Shown here piece by piece: positions 33,407 to 41,823 of a stretch of 64,000 nt of DNA (position 1 is the first letter of the stretch; each line of letters begins with the position of its first letter). Made by a program: the position numbers and the translations under genes. The DNA comes from an uncultured Verrucomicrobiae bacterium (GTDB lineage Bacteria; Verrucomicrobiota; Verrucomicrobiia; Limisphaerales; Palsa-1400). The stretch lies in the NCBI GenBank assembly GCA_963764165.1, contig CAVXRD010000002.1, forward strand, positions 1,088,001 to 1,152,000, given 5' to 3'. The notes under the pieces were generated by a model. That model made no database searches. It was not told where the DNA came from and saw nothing but the letters and a program-made list of their open reading frames with translations.

Positions 33407-34026
33407 ATGATTGCGGGGCTTAAATTCGTCGTCTGCACCGCCCTCATTTTGTTCACCTGCATTCTCGGCCTGGTGTTGAGCAGTCGCGGGCTTGGCCAGG
33501 CGCCTTCCGCTCCACAAACTGGCTCTTTTCAGGCCGCCAAACGCACGAACGATTCAAGCGGATTGAGCTGCCAAATGCTTCTGCCTTCATTGAAACCAAA
33601 CTCAAACGGAATGATCCATGCCGCTTTCGTCTTGAAGAATGGAGGCACCGAACCGATTCGAGTCTGCGCATTGTGCAATCCGTTGCGCAGCTGTGGTCCA
33701 GGAGGGATCTTCGATGTCTCCGTGATGGCGGGCTTCTTTTTTTAGACGGTCCGGCTGCGGCGGAGTTTTTCAAAGCGGTGAAAACACTGAAATCGTCGGA
33801 GAGCCTGCGGCTGCCGATCGAGATTGATCCAGGCACAAATCAGTCCCTGAAGATCACGGCGCATTTCGCCAGCGAGACAAATATGCTTCCGGCAAAACTC
33901 GACTGCTGGCACGGCGAGATCGATGCAAAGCCTCTCACCGTCAAGATAGAACGACGAAACCCGACAATGGAAGCTCCGCCAGATCATGAACGAAAACCGT
34001 GCCATCGAATCCTATTCGAAGGCTAA
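33407..34026 (+). pseudogene. Secreted hypothetical protein split by a frameshift at a T7 run (33737..33743)
   Basis: The signal-peptide ORF stops at ...VMAGFFF*; the shifted frame continues LDGPAAAEFFKAVKTL... Confidence 0.55.
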
Positions 34027-34147
34027 TCCCATCCGCATCCGCGCGCTCGCTCCCGCCGACGCGGAGGCATGCAGAGCGGCGCGGCTGCATGGACTTCGCG
34101 AAGAGCCGCCGACCTTCGGCTCGTGTCGGCCTGACGGTCGCAGACAC
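33986..34147 (+). pseudogene. 5' fragment of a GNAT acetyltransferase
   Basis: IRIRALAPADAEACRAARLHGLREEPPTFGS is a typical GNAT N-terminus, then runs antisense into mtnA. Confidence 0.55.
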
Positions 34148-35308
34148 TTAACGCTTTACTCCGCCGGTGTCGGGCTTGGCCCGCGAAAGGAAATCCTGCT
34201 CCGCGGTCTTGAAGCCCAACTTTTTGCGGTTCTTCCACAAATCTTTGGGTTTGAAGATGCCCTCGGGCGTGATGATGCCGGTGATCAATTCAGCGGGTGT
34301 GACGTCGAAGCCGGGGTTTCTCGCGGTGCTCGTTGGGTTGGCCACGCGGACGCAGCCAAATTCGCCGGTCTTGGCGTTTTTGCCCCAGGCGCCGAGGACT
34401 TCGCTCTCGCTGCGTTCCTCAATGGGAATGTCCAGTCCGCAGGGCATGGTCCAATCAATTGTTGACAGCGGGATGGCGACGTAGAAAGGAATTTTGTGGC
34501 GGGCGGCCAGCACGGCTTTGGTGTAGGTGCCGATTTTGTTGGCGACTTCCCCGGTGCGGCCCAAGGTGCGGTCGCTGCCGACGATGATGAGATCGATTTC
34601 CCCGCGCTGCATCAAGTGGCCGGCGGCGTTATCGGCAATGATTTGGTGCGAGACTTTTTGCTGGGCTAACTCCCATGCGGTCAATGTTGCGCCCTGGCTG
34701 CGCGGGCGGGTTTCGTCGCAATAGACGTGAAATTTTTTCCCGGCTTCCTGCGCGGCGTAAAGCGGGCCAGTGGCGCTGCCGATATCGACAAACGCAAGCC
34801 AGCCGGCGTTGCAATGCGTCAGCACGCGCATGCCTTCGCGAATGAGCGGCTCGCCGTGGCGGCCGATTTGTTCGCAATGCTGGACGTCGTCGTGGGCGAA
34901 TTGCTCGGCGGCGGCCAGCGCGAGCGATTGCTGTTCCTCGACCGTTTCGCCGGGTTGCATCGCGGCGCGGACGTCTTTCATCGCGTTCACCGGATCGACG
35001 GCGGTGGGGCGGGCGTTCGCCAACGTTTGAGATGCGCTCTCGATGTGCAGCAAAAATTTCTTCAGCTCCTTGCCTTTGAAGGCGAGCGCTGCTTGGGCCA
35101 ATCCATAAGCTGCGGTCGCCCCGATAGCGCCTGCGCCTCGAACTACCATATCAGCAATGGCGCGGGCGGTGGCTTTGTAATCGGCTTGCGGCGCGATCCT
35201 AAATTCGTGCGGCAGCAGCCGCTGCTCGATGAGCAGCACCTCGTTGGTTTTCGCGTCGAACGTGACGGTGCGATAATGCCGCCTTTGTCGATTTACAGTG
35301 ACATTCAT
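34148..35308 (-). CDS. mtnA: S-methyl-5-thioribose-1-phosphate isomerase
   Basis: MVVRGAGAIG, ARPTAV, LTHCNAGWLA, DETRPRSQG, ANKIGTY, NPGFDVTP. Confidence 0.95.
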   Translation of the reverse strand: MNVTVNRQRRHYRTVTFDAKTNEVLLIEQRLLPHEFRIAPQADYKATARAIADMVVRGAGAIGATAAYGLAQAALAFKGKELKKFLLHIESASQTLANARPTAVDPVNAMKDVRAAMQPGETVEEQQSLALAAAEQFAHDDVQHCEQIGRHGEPLIREGMRVLTHCNAGWLAFVDIGSATGPLYAAQEAGKKFHVYCDETRPRSQGATLTAWELAQQKVSHQIIADNAAGHLMQRGEIDLIIVGSDRTLGRTGEVANKIGTYTKAVLAARHKIPFYVAIPLSTIDWTMPCGLDIPIEERSESEVLGAWGKNAKTGEFGCVRVANPTSTARNPGFDVTPAELITGIITPEGIFKPKDLWKNRKKLGFKTAEQDFLSRAKPDTGGVKR

Positions 35309-35346
35309 GGGGTGGGTCGAGCGCGGCAGCCCGGCGGCAAATTGCC

Positions 35347-35766
35347 TTAGGACGCTTTTGGCGAAAGTTCGCGAAGTTTGGCGCGAATCTTTTTGTATTC
35401 GTTGTGATCGCGCAAGTTCTTCAGGTCGGGATCTTTGTCGAGGGATTTGAAGTCGCGGTATCCGAGCTTGATAGCCTCGTGAAGGGCCTCGAATGCCAAA
35501 TCAATCTGGTTGGTAAGGGAGTAACTGCACGCCAGGTTGTAGCGCGTGATGGCGTCCTCGGGGCGCAAGCGGATCAGCCGCTCGTCCATCCTCAGGCCAT
35601 CGGCAAAACGACCGCGGCGGGTGTAGTTATCTCCCAATATCTGGAGGGCCTCGATGTATTCGGGGTCACGGCGCACGACGCCTTCGAGGAACAGAATCTC
35701 CAGGTCCAGATCTCGCAATTCCTGACGGGTGAATTTCTTGCGTGGACTATTGATTTTCTTCGACAT
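35347..35766 (-). CDS. TPR-like protein
   Basis: YNLACSYSL...A...L..AIKLGY.D...L.KDPDL.NLR. Confidence 0.8.
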   Translation of the reverse strand: MSKKINSPRKKFTRQELRDLDLEILFLEGVVRRDPEYIEALQILGDNYTRRGRFADGLRMDERLIRLRPEDAITRYNLACSYSLTNQIDLAFEALHEAIKLGYRDFKSLDKDPDLKNLRDHNEYKKIRAKLRELSPKAS

Positions 35767-36058
35767 ATCGAACTGGCCATGAGTTATTCACAATATCGCG
35801 GCAATGTCGAATTTTTTTTGTAATAATTTGCCGGACGCGTCGGGGCCAATTCGGCTGAGGCGGAACGGTTTAGACGACCGATGCGGAAAAAAAGGCAGCG
35901 CGACCGTCTCGGTCGCCTCCAGTTGGCGTCCCGCTGACTGGCCCGGGCTGCAAACGCGGATTCGGCTTTGCTAATTTATAAGAGGCTTAACATATCTTCG
36001 GCGGGTCGCCGAAGACGGCGTTCGAGACGACCGCGCTACGATTTTGAACTGACGAACC

Positions 36059-37060
36059 ATGAACTGTTTTCTCACAGGTGCAACGGGGTTTATCGGGGCC
36101 AATGTGGCCCATCAACTGGCCGCTCAGGGCCATCGGCTGAAGGTCCTCAGGCGCGCTGGCAGCGATCAACGGGGGCTGGCGGGACTGGCGTGCGAGAAGA
36201 TCGAAGGCGACGTTTCGCAGAAGGCGGTCATGGAAAAAGCCATGCGCGGCTGCGATTGGTGTTTTCACGTTGCCGCCAGCTATCACCTTTGGCTGCCGGA
36301 TTACGCGCCCATGTATGCCGCGAATGTCGATGGCACGCGGAATGTGATCGAAGCCGCCGTGAACGCCGGCTGCAAACGCATCGTCTACACGAGCACGGTT
36401 GGCTGCATCGGGCTGGGTGCGCAGGATGCCGTGCCCTTCGTGCCGACCGACGAATCAACGCCAGTGAGCGAGGCGCAAATGCGCAACCATTACAAGCTCT
36501 CGAAATGGAAAGCCGAAGTGGTGGCGCGCGAGATGGCCGCCAAGGGCGCGCCCGTCGTCATCGTCAATCCCTCCGCGCCCATCGGCCCGCTGGACGTAAA
36601 ACCGACGCCAACTGGAAAAGTTATATTGGACTTTCTTCAGCGCAAAATGCCCGCGTATCTCGACACGGGATTGAATTGGGTCCATGTCCGCGACGTTGCG
36701 CTCGGGCACATCCTCGCGGCGGAGAAAGGGAGGATTGGCGAGCGTTACATCCTTGGCAGCGCGGAAGGGAACCTGACCATGAAGCAGGCCTTGGACATTT
36801 TGCAAGATTTGACGGGAATACCCGCTCCCAAATTTCGCGTGCCTTATGGGGTTGCGCTGGCTGCCGCCTATTTCGACGAGGCGATGTCTTCCATCACGCG
36901 CCGACCACCCAAAGCCCCTCTGGCGGGCGTGCGGATGGCGCGCTACAAGATGTTTTTCAATCCCGCCAAGGCCATCCGCGAACTTGGCCTCCCGCAAACT
37001 CCGCCGCGAAAAGCATTGGAAGATGCGGCGCAATGGTTTCGCCAGACTTCTAAACGCTAG
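36059..37060 (+). CDS. hpnA: Hopanoid-associated sugar epimerase / dihydroflavonol-reductase-like SDR
   Basis: TGATGFIG, FHVAASYHLW, YKLSK, GPLDVKPTPTG, PAYLDTGLNWVHVRDVA. Confidence 0.85.
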   Translation: MNCFLTGATGFIGANVAHQLAAQGHRLKVLRRAGSDQRGLAGLACEKIEGDVSQKAVMEKAMRGCDWCFHVAASYHLWLPDYAPMYAANVDGTRNVIEAAVNAGCKRIVYTSTVGCIGLGAQDAVPFVPTDESTPVSEAQMRNHYKLSKWKAEVVAREMAAKGAPVVIVNPSAPIGPLDVKPTPTGKVILDFLQRKMPAYLDTGLNWVHVRDVALGHILAAEKGRIGERYILGSAEGNLTMKQALDILQDLTGIPAPKFRVPYGVALAAAYFDEAMSSITRRPPKAPLAGVRMARYKMFFNPAKAIRELGLPQTPPRKALEDAAQWFRQTSKR

Positions 37061-37224
37061 GCCTGCTGCTGCTGCTCGCCCCAATCGCCTAACTTCAGGA
37101 ACCCGCGAATTTTGCGGCGTTCGTAGCGATTTTTCTGGGCTTTGGCCGGACGGTTGTCGGCCTGTCGGAAGGGGTGTTTGGTATTGTGGACAGTGTCCTG
37201 AATCAAGTTCAGCGTCTTTGTCAT
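37057..37224 (-). CDS. Small basic hypothetical protein (55 aa), absent from the ORF track
   Basis: MTKTLNLIQDTVHNTKHPFRQADNRPAKAQKNRYERRKIRGFLKLGDWGEQQQQA; AAGGA RBS 6 nt upstream; fills the prmA-hpnA gap. Confidence 0.6.
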   Translation of the reverse strand: MTKTLNLIQDTVHNTKHPFRQADNRPAKAQKNRYERRKIRGFLKLGDWGEQQQQA

Positions 37225-37298
37225 ACTCATTCCTTCTCGGATGGCGACGCTGCGTCATTGCGACGTCGCCGCAACCACATGAGCCCGGATCGAGCGGA

Positions 37299-38228
37299 TT
37301 AAATCCGCTGTTGCATCGTCCGGCTACCCATGGACTGCAACAGGGCGAATTGCCCCGATTTCCATTCCTTATTTACCTTCGATCTTTCCAAAGTCAAGTT
37401 AAAATCATGCAACACCTGTGTTAATTCGGGGAATTCCCGAGCAAGAATTCCGGCCACCAAAAGTTTTCCGCCGGGCTCGAGCCAATTGCGAATTTTCTCC
37501 GCTTCCTGAATCAGCAGGGGCGAAATCAAATTTGCGCAAACGACGTCGTATCGCTTTTTTGGACGAAGCGGTTCCTTCGTCAAATCGGCCTGGCGCAATT
37601 TCACCTCGACGCTATTGCGTTTGATGTTTTGTTTGGTGCTGCGAATGCATTCAGGATCGAAATCGAAAGCAGCGACGGGCGAGTAACCGATTTTCGCCGC
37701 GGAGATGGCGAGAATTCCCGACCCGCAGCCAATATCCAGGAGTGACTGCTCCGCGCCATCGCGCCGGAGACGCGTCAATTGTTGCAGGCAAAAAAGCGTG
37801 GTCGGATGCTGCCCGGTGCCGAAGCTCAATCCAGGATCCAGCACGACGACGCGCTGGCCGGGAAGCGCGCGGCGTTTGCTCCAGCTCGGTTTTAGCAAAA
37901 GGCGGCGGCCAACGGAAATTGGGTGGAAATGGTGTTTCCAGGATTCGGCCCAATTCTTTTTGGGCAGCGGCTTAATCTCGAACCGATTCGCACCCAGGTC
38001 GAGCCCGCAGACGGCAAGATTTTTCAGCGCCTCGGCCAAAGTTCCGCCCAGACGCGCCTCGGCTTCCGGCAAGATTTCCGGATACACCGTGATCAGAATT
38101 TTCCCGCTGTCCTCCTCGCGAAAAACAGAAGGCGCCGCTGCGAACATGCGTTCCAACAGCGACGCCAGAGCTTCTTCGCCTTCGGCAGACGATTCAACAG
38201 AGATCTGCCACAAGCGCGCGGGAATCAC
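37299..38228 (-). CDS. prmA: Ribosomal protein L11 methyltransferase
   Basis: NWAESWKHHFHP, LDPGLSFGTGQHPTT, LDIGCGSGILAI, ANL. Confidence 0.92.
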   Translation of the reverse strand: MIPARLWQISVESSAEGEEALASLLERMFAAAPSVFREEDSGKILITVYPEILPEAEARLGGTLAEALKNLAVCGLDLGANRFEIKPLPKKNWAESWKHHFHPISVGRRLLLKPSWSKRRALPGQRVVVLDPGLSFGTGQHPTTLFCLQQLTRLRRDGAEQSLLDIGCGSGILAISAAKIGYSPVAAFDFDPECIRSTKQNIKRNSVEVKLRQADLTKEPLRPKKRYDVVCANLISPLLIQEAEKIRNWLEPGGKLLVAGILAREFPELTQVLHDFNLTLERSKVNKEWKSGQFALLQSMGSRTMQQRI

Positions 38229-38708
38229 TTACTTCAACTTCGCCAGCGCGGCTTGGATGGCGCTGAAATTTGGCAACTCCTTCGGAGACGGCGTTTGCTC
38301 GGCGTATTGAACGACGCCTTCCTTGTCGATCACAAACGCGGCGCGGGCGGAAAAATCGCCAATGCCGAGGAAATTAGGAATCAAAACGTCATAGGCGGTG
38401 GTGACGGTTTTGTTCAAATCGCTGGCCAGCGGAATCGTGATGTTTTCCTTCTTGGCCCACGCTTCCTGCGCGAAGGGCGAATCGACGCTCACTCCAATGA
38501 CAGCGGCGTTCAGGTTGGAATACTGCGAGATGCCGCCGGAAATATCGCACATTTCCTTCGTGCAAACGCCCGTGAAGGCGGCGGGGAAAAACAGCAGCAC
38601 CGTATTTTTCTGGCCGAGATTTGCGCTGAGCTTGATGTCCACCAAGCCGCTTTCAGTCTTCGATTTGAGAGAGAAGTCCGGTGCTTTCGATCCAACTTTA
38701 ATAGCCAT
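38229..38708 (-). CDS. Peroxiredoxin (AhpC/TSA, AhpE-like)
   Basis: FFPAAFTGVCTKEMC, GVSVDSPF, RAAFVID. Confidence 0.92.
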   Translation of the reverse strand: MAIKVGSKAPDFSLKSKTESGLVDIKLSANLGQKNTVLLFFPAAFTGVCTKEMCDISGGISQYSNLNAAVIGVSVDSPFAQEAWAKKENITIPLASDLNKTVTTAYDVLIPNFLGIGDFSARAAFVIDKEGVVQYAEQTPSPKELPNFSAIQAALAKLK

Positions 38709-38860
38709 AGAGTTTCCTTTTTTGAGTTAATTTCAAAATAACGTGTTCGCTATAATAAGACGGCACAAGTCGGTGTCAAACTGTGAATTGTTACAAGCGC
38801 GCAAGAGGGCGTGAGGCAGAATCCTTCATCAGGGGTTAATCACCCTGGCGCGAGTCTATG

Positions 38861-38972
38861 GTTTTATGCATATAATCTCCGAAAAGCGGCAACATCCGTT
38901 ACATTGTTGATTGCCAGGCATTTAAGTGGCAACAAAAATGGCAACACAGTGGCAACAACCAGCAACATTTTC
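38861..38972 (+). repeat. Element A copy 1: phased GCAACA repeats
   Basis: GCAACA at 38889, 38929, 38941, 38952 and 38962; homologous to 40141..40193 and 46817..46920. Confidence 0.8.
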
Positions 38973-39007
38973 GGAATGGAAGAGCCCAATACGTCGCGAA
39001 AAACCAA

Positions 39008-39333
39008 GGGTGCAATAGGGTGCAATAGCGTGCAACGCCCCAATCACGATTTCTGATCCTCTGCGCACTCATCTTCTCTGCGCGAGAGTTTTTTCCCTTT
39101 GTGGATTCATCAGGTCATGAAACGCAGTCGCGCGCAGAGGCGCTGAGAACGCAGAGGTTCCTCGCGGCCTGAAATGAACGCAAGTGTTTATCAAAGAACA
39201 CGCCCTGATGGCAACAGGGAGAAAAATAAGCCCGAAAATCCCTCGTGTCAATTAAGGCTGCAATTGCACGATTCAGTGGTATTATGCCGATATGACAAAC
39301 GAAACATCGATTGTCCGAGCGGGAACGGAGGCG
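39008..39333 (+). repeat. Element B copy 1: ~330-bp non-coding repeat with divergent promoters and a boxA-like motif
   Basis: Colinear with 40431..40755 (gggtgcaatagcgtgcaacgccc...cctctgcgcactcatcttctctgcgcgaga...gcagaggttcctcgcggcctgaaatgaacgcaa...atgacaaacga). Confidence 0.88.
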
Positions 39334-39370
39334 GAAATGGTGTTTTGTTCCAGATCGCCAAGTCCGGTAA

Positions 39371-39613
39371 TTATTTTCCGGTTCCTTCTTTGGCGGCGGA
39401 AATGCGCTGGCGGATTTCCGCCAAAAGCTGGCGGCCCCGCGCGGGATTTCCACGCTGCTGCCGCAGCAGAAATCGCGCCTCGGCCTGACGCTCGGCAATG
39501 ACATGAGTCACAAAGTTGTCAAAAAGACGCTGCACGCTGGTTCCGCAGGAATGGGCCACGCCCATCAGCGCCTTGTGCTTGGCATCATCACAGCGATAAG
39601 GAATAGTTTTCAT
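39371..39613 (-). CDS. Antitoxin (RHH/HicB-like) of a PIN-family TA pair
   Basis: 80 aa; R.DD.KH..L...A...G.SV..L and AEARF..R..RG.PARG..LL; 4-nt overlap with the toxin. Confidence 0.78.
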   Translation of the reverse strand: MKTIPYRCDDAKHKALMGVAHSCGTSVQRLFDNFVTHVIAERQAEARFLLRQQRGNPARGRQLLAEIRQRISAAKEGTGK

Positions 39614-40032
39614 CGAACAATCTTCAAATGTTGTGCCGGGGTCACAAAGCGTGGCCAGCTAAAAGTGAGATCACCACGCTGGAAATCCCGGATATTATGA
39701 GTGACGAGGTGCTCCGCTCCGCAAGCAATGGCCAGCTCCAGGACATGGTCATCGCCAGGGTCGGGCAAATTCGGCCTCCATCTGAAATAAATCGGCTGCC
39801 AGAGAGCTGCCGCGCAAAAATCATCCAACAAAGTTTCGCGCTCTGCCAAAGACACGGGAACGTCCACCCATAAGGAACCCCGTTGGATAATTTCCTCGTA
39901 TTCCGCCAAAAGCGCTGCCCCCAGATAGGCCTGATCCAGAAGCGCCAAAGCGCGATCCAGCACCTCGGCGCTGGCTCCCTCCGAGCTCCGCAAGGCAGCG
40001 ATGAATACATTGGTATCTTGCACGATATCCAA
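39610..40032 (-). CDS. PIN-domain toxin (PIN_3-like)
   Basis: DTNVF, LLAEYEE, WRPNLPDPGDDHVLELA, VTHNIRDF. Confidence 0.9.
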   Translation of the reverse strand: MDIVQDTNVFIAALRSSEGASAEVLDRALALLDQAYLGAALLAEYEEIIQRGSLWVDVPVSLAERETLLDDFCAAALWQPIYFRWRPNLPDPGDDHVLELAIACGAEHLVTHNIRDFQRGDLTFSWPRFVTPAQHLKIVR

Positions 40033-40140
40033 GCCGAAAATATGGCATCACCCGTGATGCCAGTCAAGGTGGTTCGGCCACAACCAAGCCAATTGGTGTG
40101 ATTGGAGGCGCGCGAGCGCTGAGATGAAGTGGGGGATATT

Positions 40141-40193
40141 GTTTTATGCATATAATCTCCCAAAAAGTGGCAACAAAAAGGGCAACATTTTCG
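40141..40193 (+). repeat. Element A copy 2 (collapsed)
   Basis: gttttatgcatataatctcc identical to copy 1, then only two GCAACA repeats (40170, 40182) and cattttcg. Confidence 0.75.
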
Positions 40194-40430
40194 AAACGCA
40201 GGAGATCTCAACATCAAGGAAACAAAGGGGAATGCCGCCGGCCAAGTAGGCCGGGTGCCCCACCCGGCAGGGAATTGGTAAAACCGATAAACGCCAAATC
40301 GGACGGCGACGTTAGCAGTCCACGTGCAACTACAAAGGTTTATTGGCGGGTCTCACCAATTCTTTGGTGGGGACTCCTTTAAAGATCCGCACTAGCCAGA
40401 GGGATCACAAAGGCAGATATGCGCAACCAC

Positions 40431-40755
40431 GGGTGCAATAGCGTGCAACGCCCCGCTGACGATTTCTGTCCCTCTGCGCACTCATCTTCTCTGCGCGAGA
40501 GTTCTTTTCCCCTGTGGACGCGGTTTGGTTTCATTGTGGCATGAAACCCAATCGCGCGCTGAGGCACGGAGAGCGCAGAGGTTCCTCGCGGCCTGAAATG
40601 AACGCAAAATGTCAAAGAACACGCCCTGACGGCGACGGGGAGAAAAATAATGCCAAAAACCGCCTTTGTCAATTAAGCTTGCAATACCACGTTTATTTGG
40701 TATAATGCGAAGCATGACAAACGAGGCATCGATTGTCCAGGCGGGAACAGAGGCA
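40431..40755 (+). repeat. Element B copy 2
   Basis: Direct repeat of 39008..39333. Confidence 0.88.
40610..40714. promoter_or_regulatory. Back-to-back sigma70 promoters with a boxA-like motif (also at 39189..39292)
   Basis: Minus strand TTGACA(40672)-17 bp-TATTTT then GTTCTTTGACA; plus strand TTGCAA-16 bp-TATAAT(40701) with a TG extension, 7 nt before ATG 40714. Confidence 0.65.
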
Positions 40756-40908
40756 AAAACATTGGCGGCAGACCGTCATCCCGGAAGGGATTGCCAGAGT
40801 GCAGCCGGCGGTTAAGCGCAGCGACACCACTGGATGCAACGCCAAAAAATCCCAGGACCCCGGAGGAGGCGCCACCTTTGCCTTCCAAATTTACCACTAC
40901 GGTCTGGT

Positions 40909-41325
40909 TTATCTCGCCGTGGTGGTTGGCGACATCGAAAGACCCAGGCGTTGGAAATCCCCGGACAACTTGGCAAGGGATTCCTTGAGCGGAATCACGT
41001 CCTTGGCCGCCTTGGCGGCGCTGTCTTTGATCGCGGCCAGACCACCGGCGGTCAGGTCGGTCGAAAGAAACTTCTGCACGTCGCGCAGGTCAGACAGAAA
41101 TGGCTGAAAGGCGATTTCGGTTTCGTTGTATTGCTGGCTGATGCGGTTGAAGCGCCCCGTGACTTCGCTCCGGCGGGTTTCGCTGCCGCTGCGGATGTCC
41201 TCGTTCTGGATCTGGCCTGATTCTCTGTCCTAATTCGCAAAGTAATCCGCGCCTTGAGATTTCATTTGGCCGTCTTTGCTGGTGATATCCTTGGACGATA
41301 CTCCGAGTTCGTCCACGGCAATAAT
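40909..41325 (-). pseudogene. 5'-truncated DUF2959-like gene with an in-frame stop
   Basis: ...MKSQGADYFAN*DRESGQIQNEDIRSGSETRRSEV...FQPFLSDLRDVQKFLSTDLT; TAG at 41230..41232 where the family has Trp. Confidence 0.65.
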
Positions 41326-41612
41326 GCTGGTCCATTGACAGATCGCGTCATAATTACCGTGATGCGCAGGAGGCTAACCGGCGAGGCCTGACAGGCGCTA
41401 TACGGCGTTCTACGCAGCTTAAGAGCGTGAAGGTGGGAGTGAAGGGGTCCTATTCCACTGAAGGCATCTGGGAACCACGAATCATTGGGCAGACGCTTGC
41501 GCGTGGGGGCAATGCGGTTTTTAGGGCCCCGGCGCGAGCGGCGGGAATAACAGCGGATGAAAACTGATTCCCATTTCCGAATGCAAAAAGTGTCAAAAGT
41601 GAGGAAGCCGGT

Positions 41613-41671
41613 AACGCCTTTTATCAACAAAAGGGACCAAATGAGAAAGCATACTTTCATTTTTCTAGGAC
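41613..41671 (+). repeat. Left arm of a ~60-bp inverted-repeat pair (partner 43884..43943)
   Basis: AACGCCTTTTATCAACAAAAGGGACCAAATGAGAAAGCATACTTTCATTTTTCTAGGAC. Confidence 0.85.
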
Positions 41672-41823
41672 TGACCTTTTCACTTTCAAGGACCGTTTCA
41701 CTTTCAGGCCCAACCGGCATGAGGACGGGCGGTAGGGCGCAGTGGACCACAGATCATTTCGCCGGGGGGTTACTCCGCCAATACAAACTCACCTCGCAAT
41801 CCTACTAGCAAGGGATAATTACC

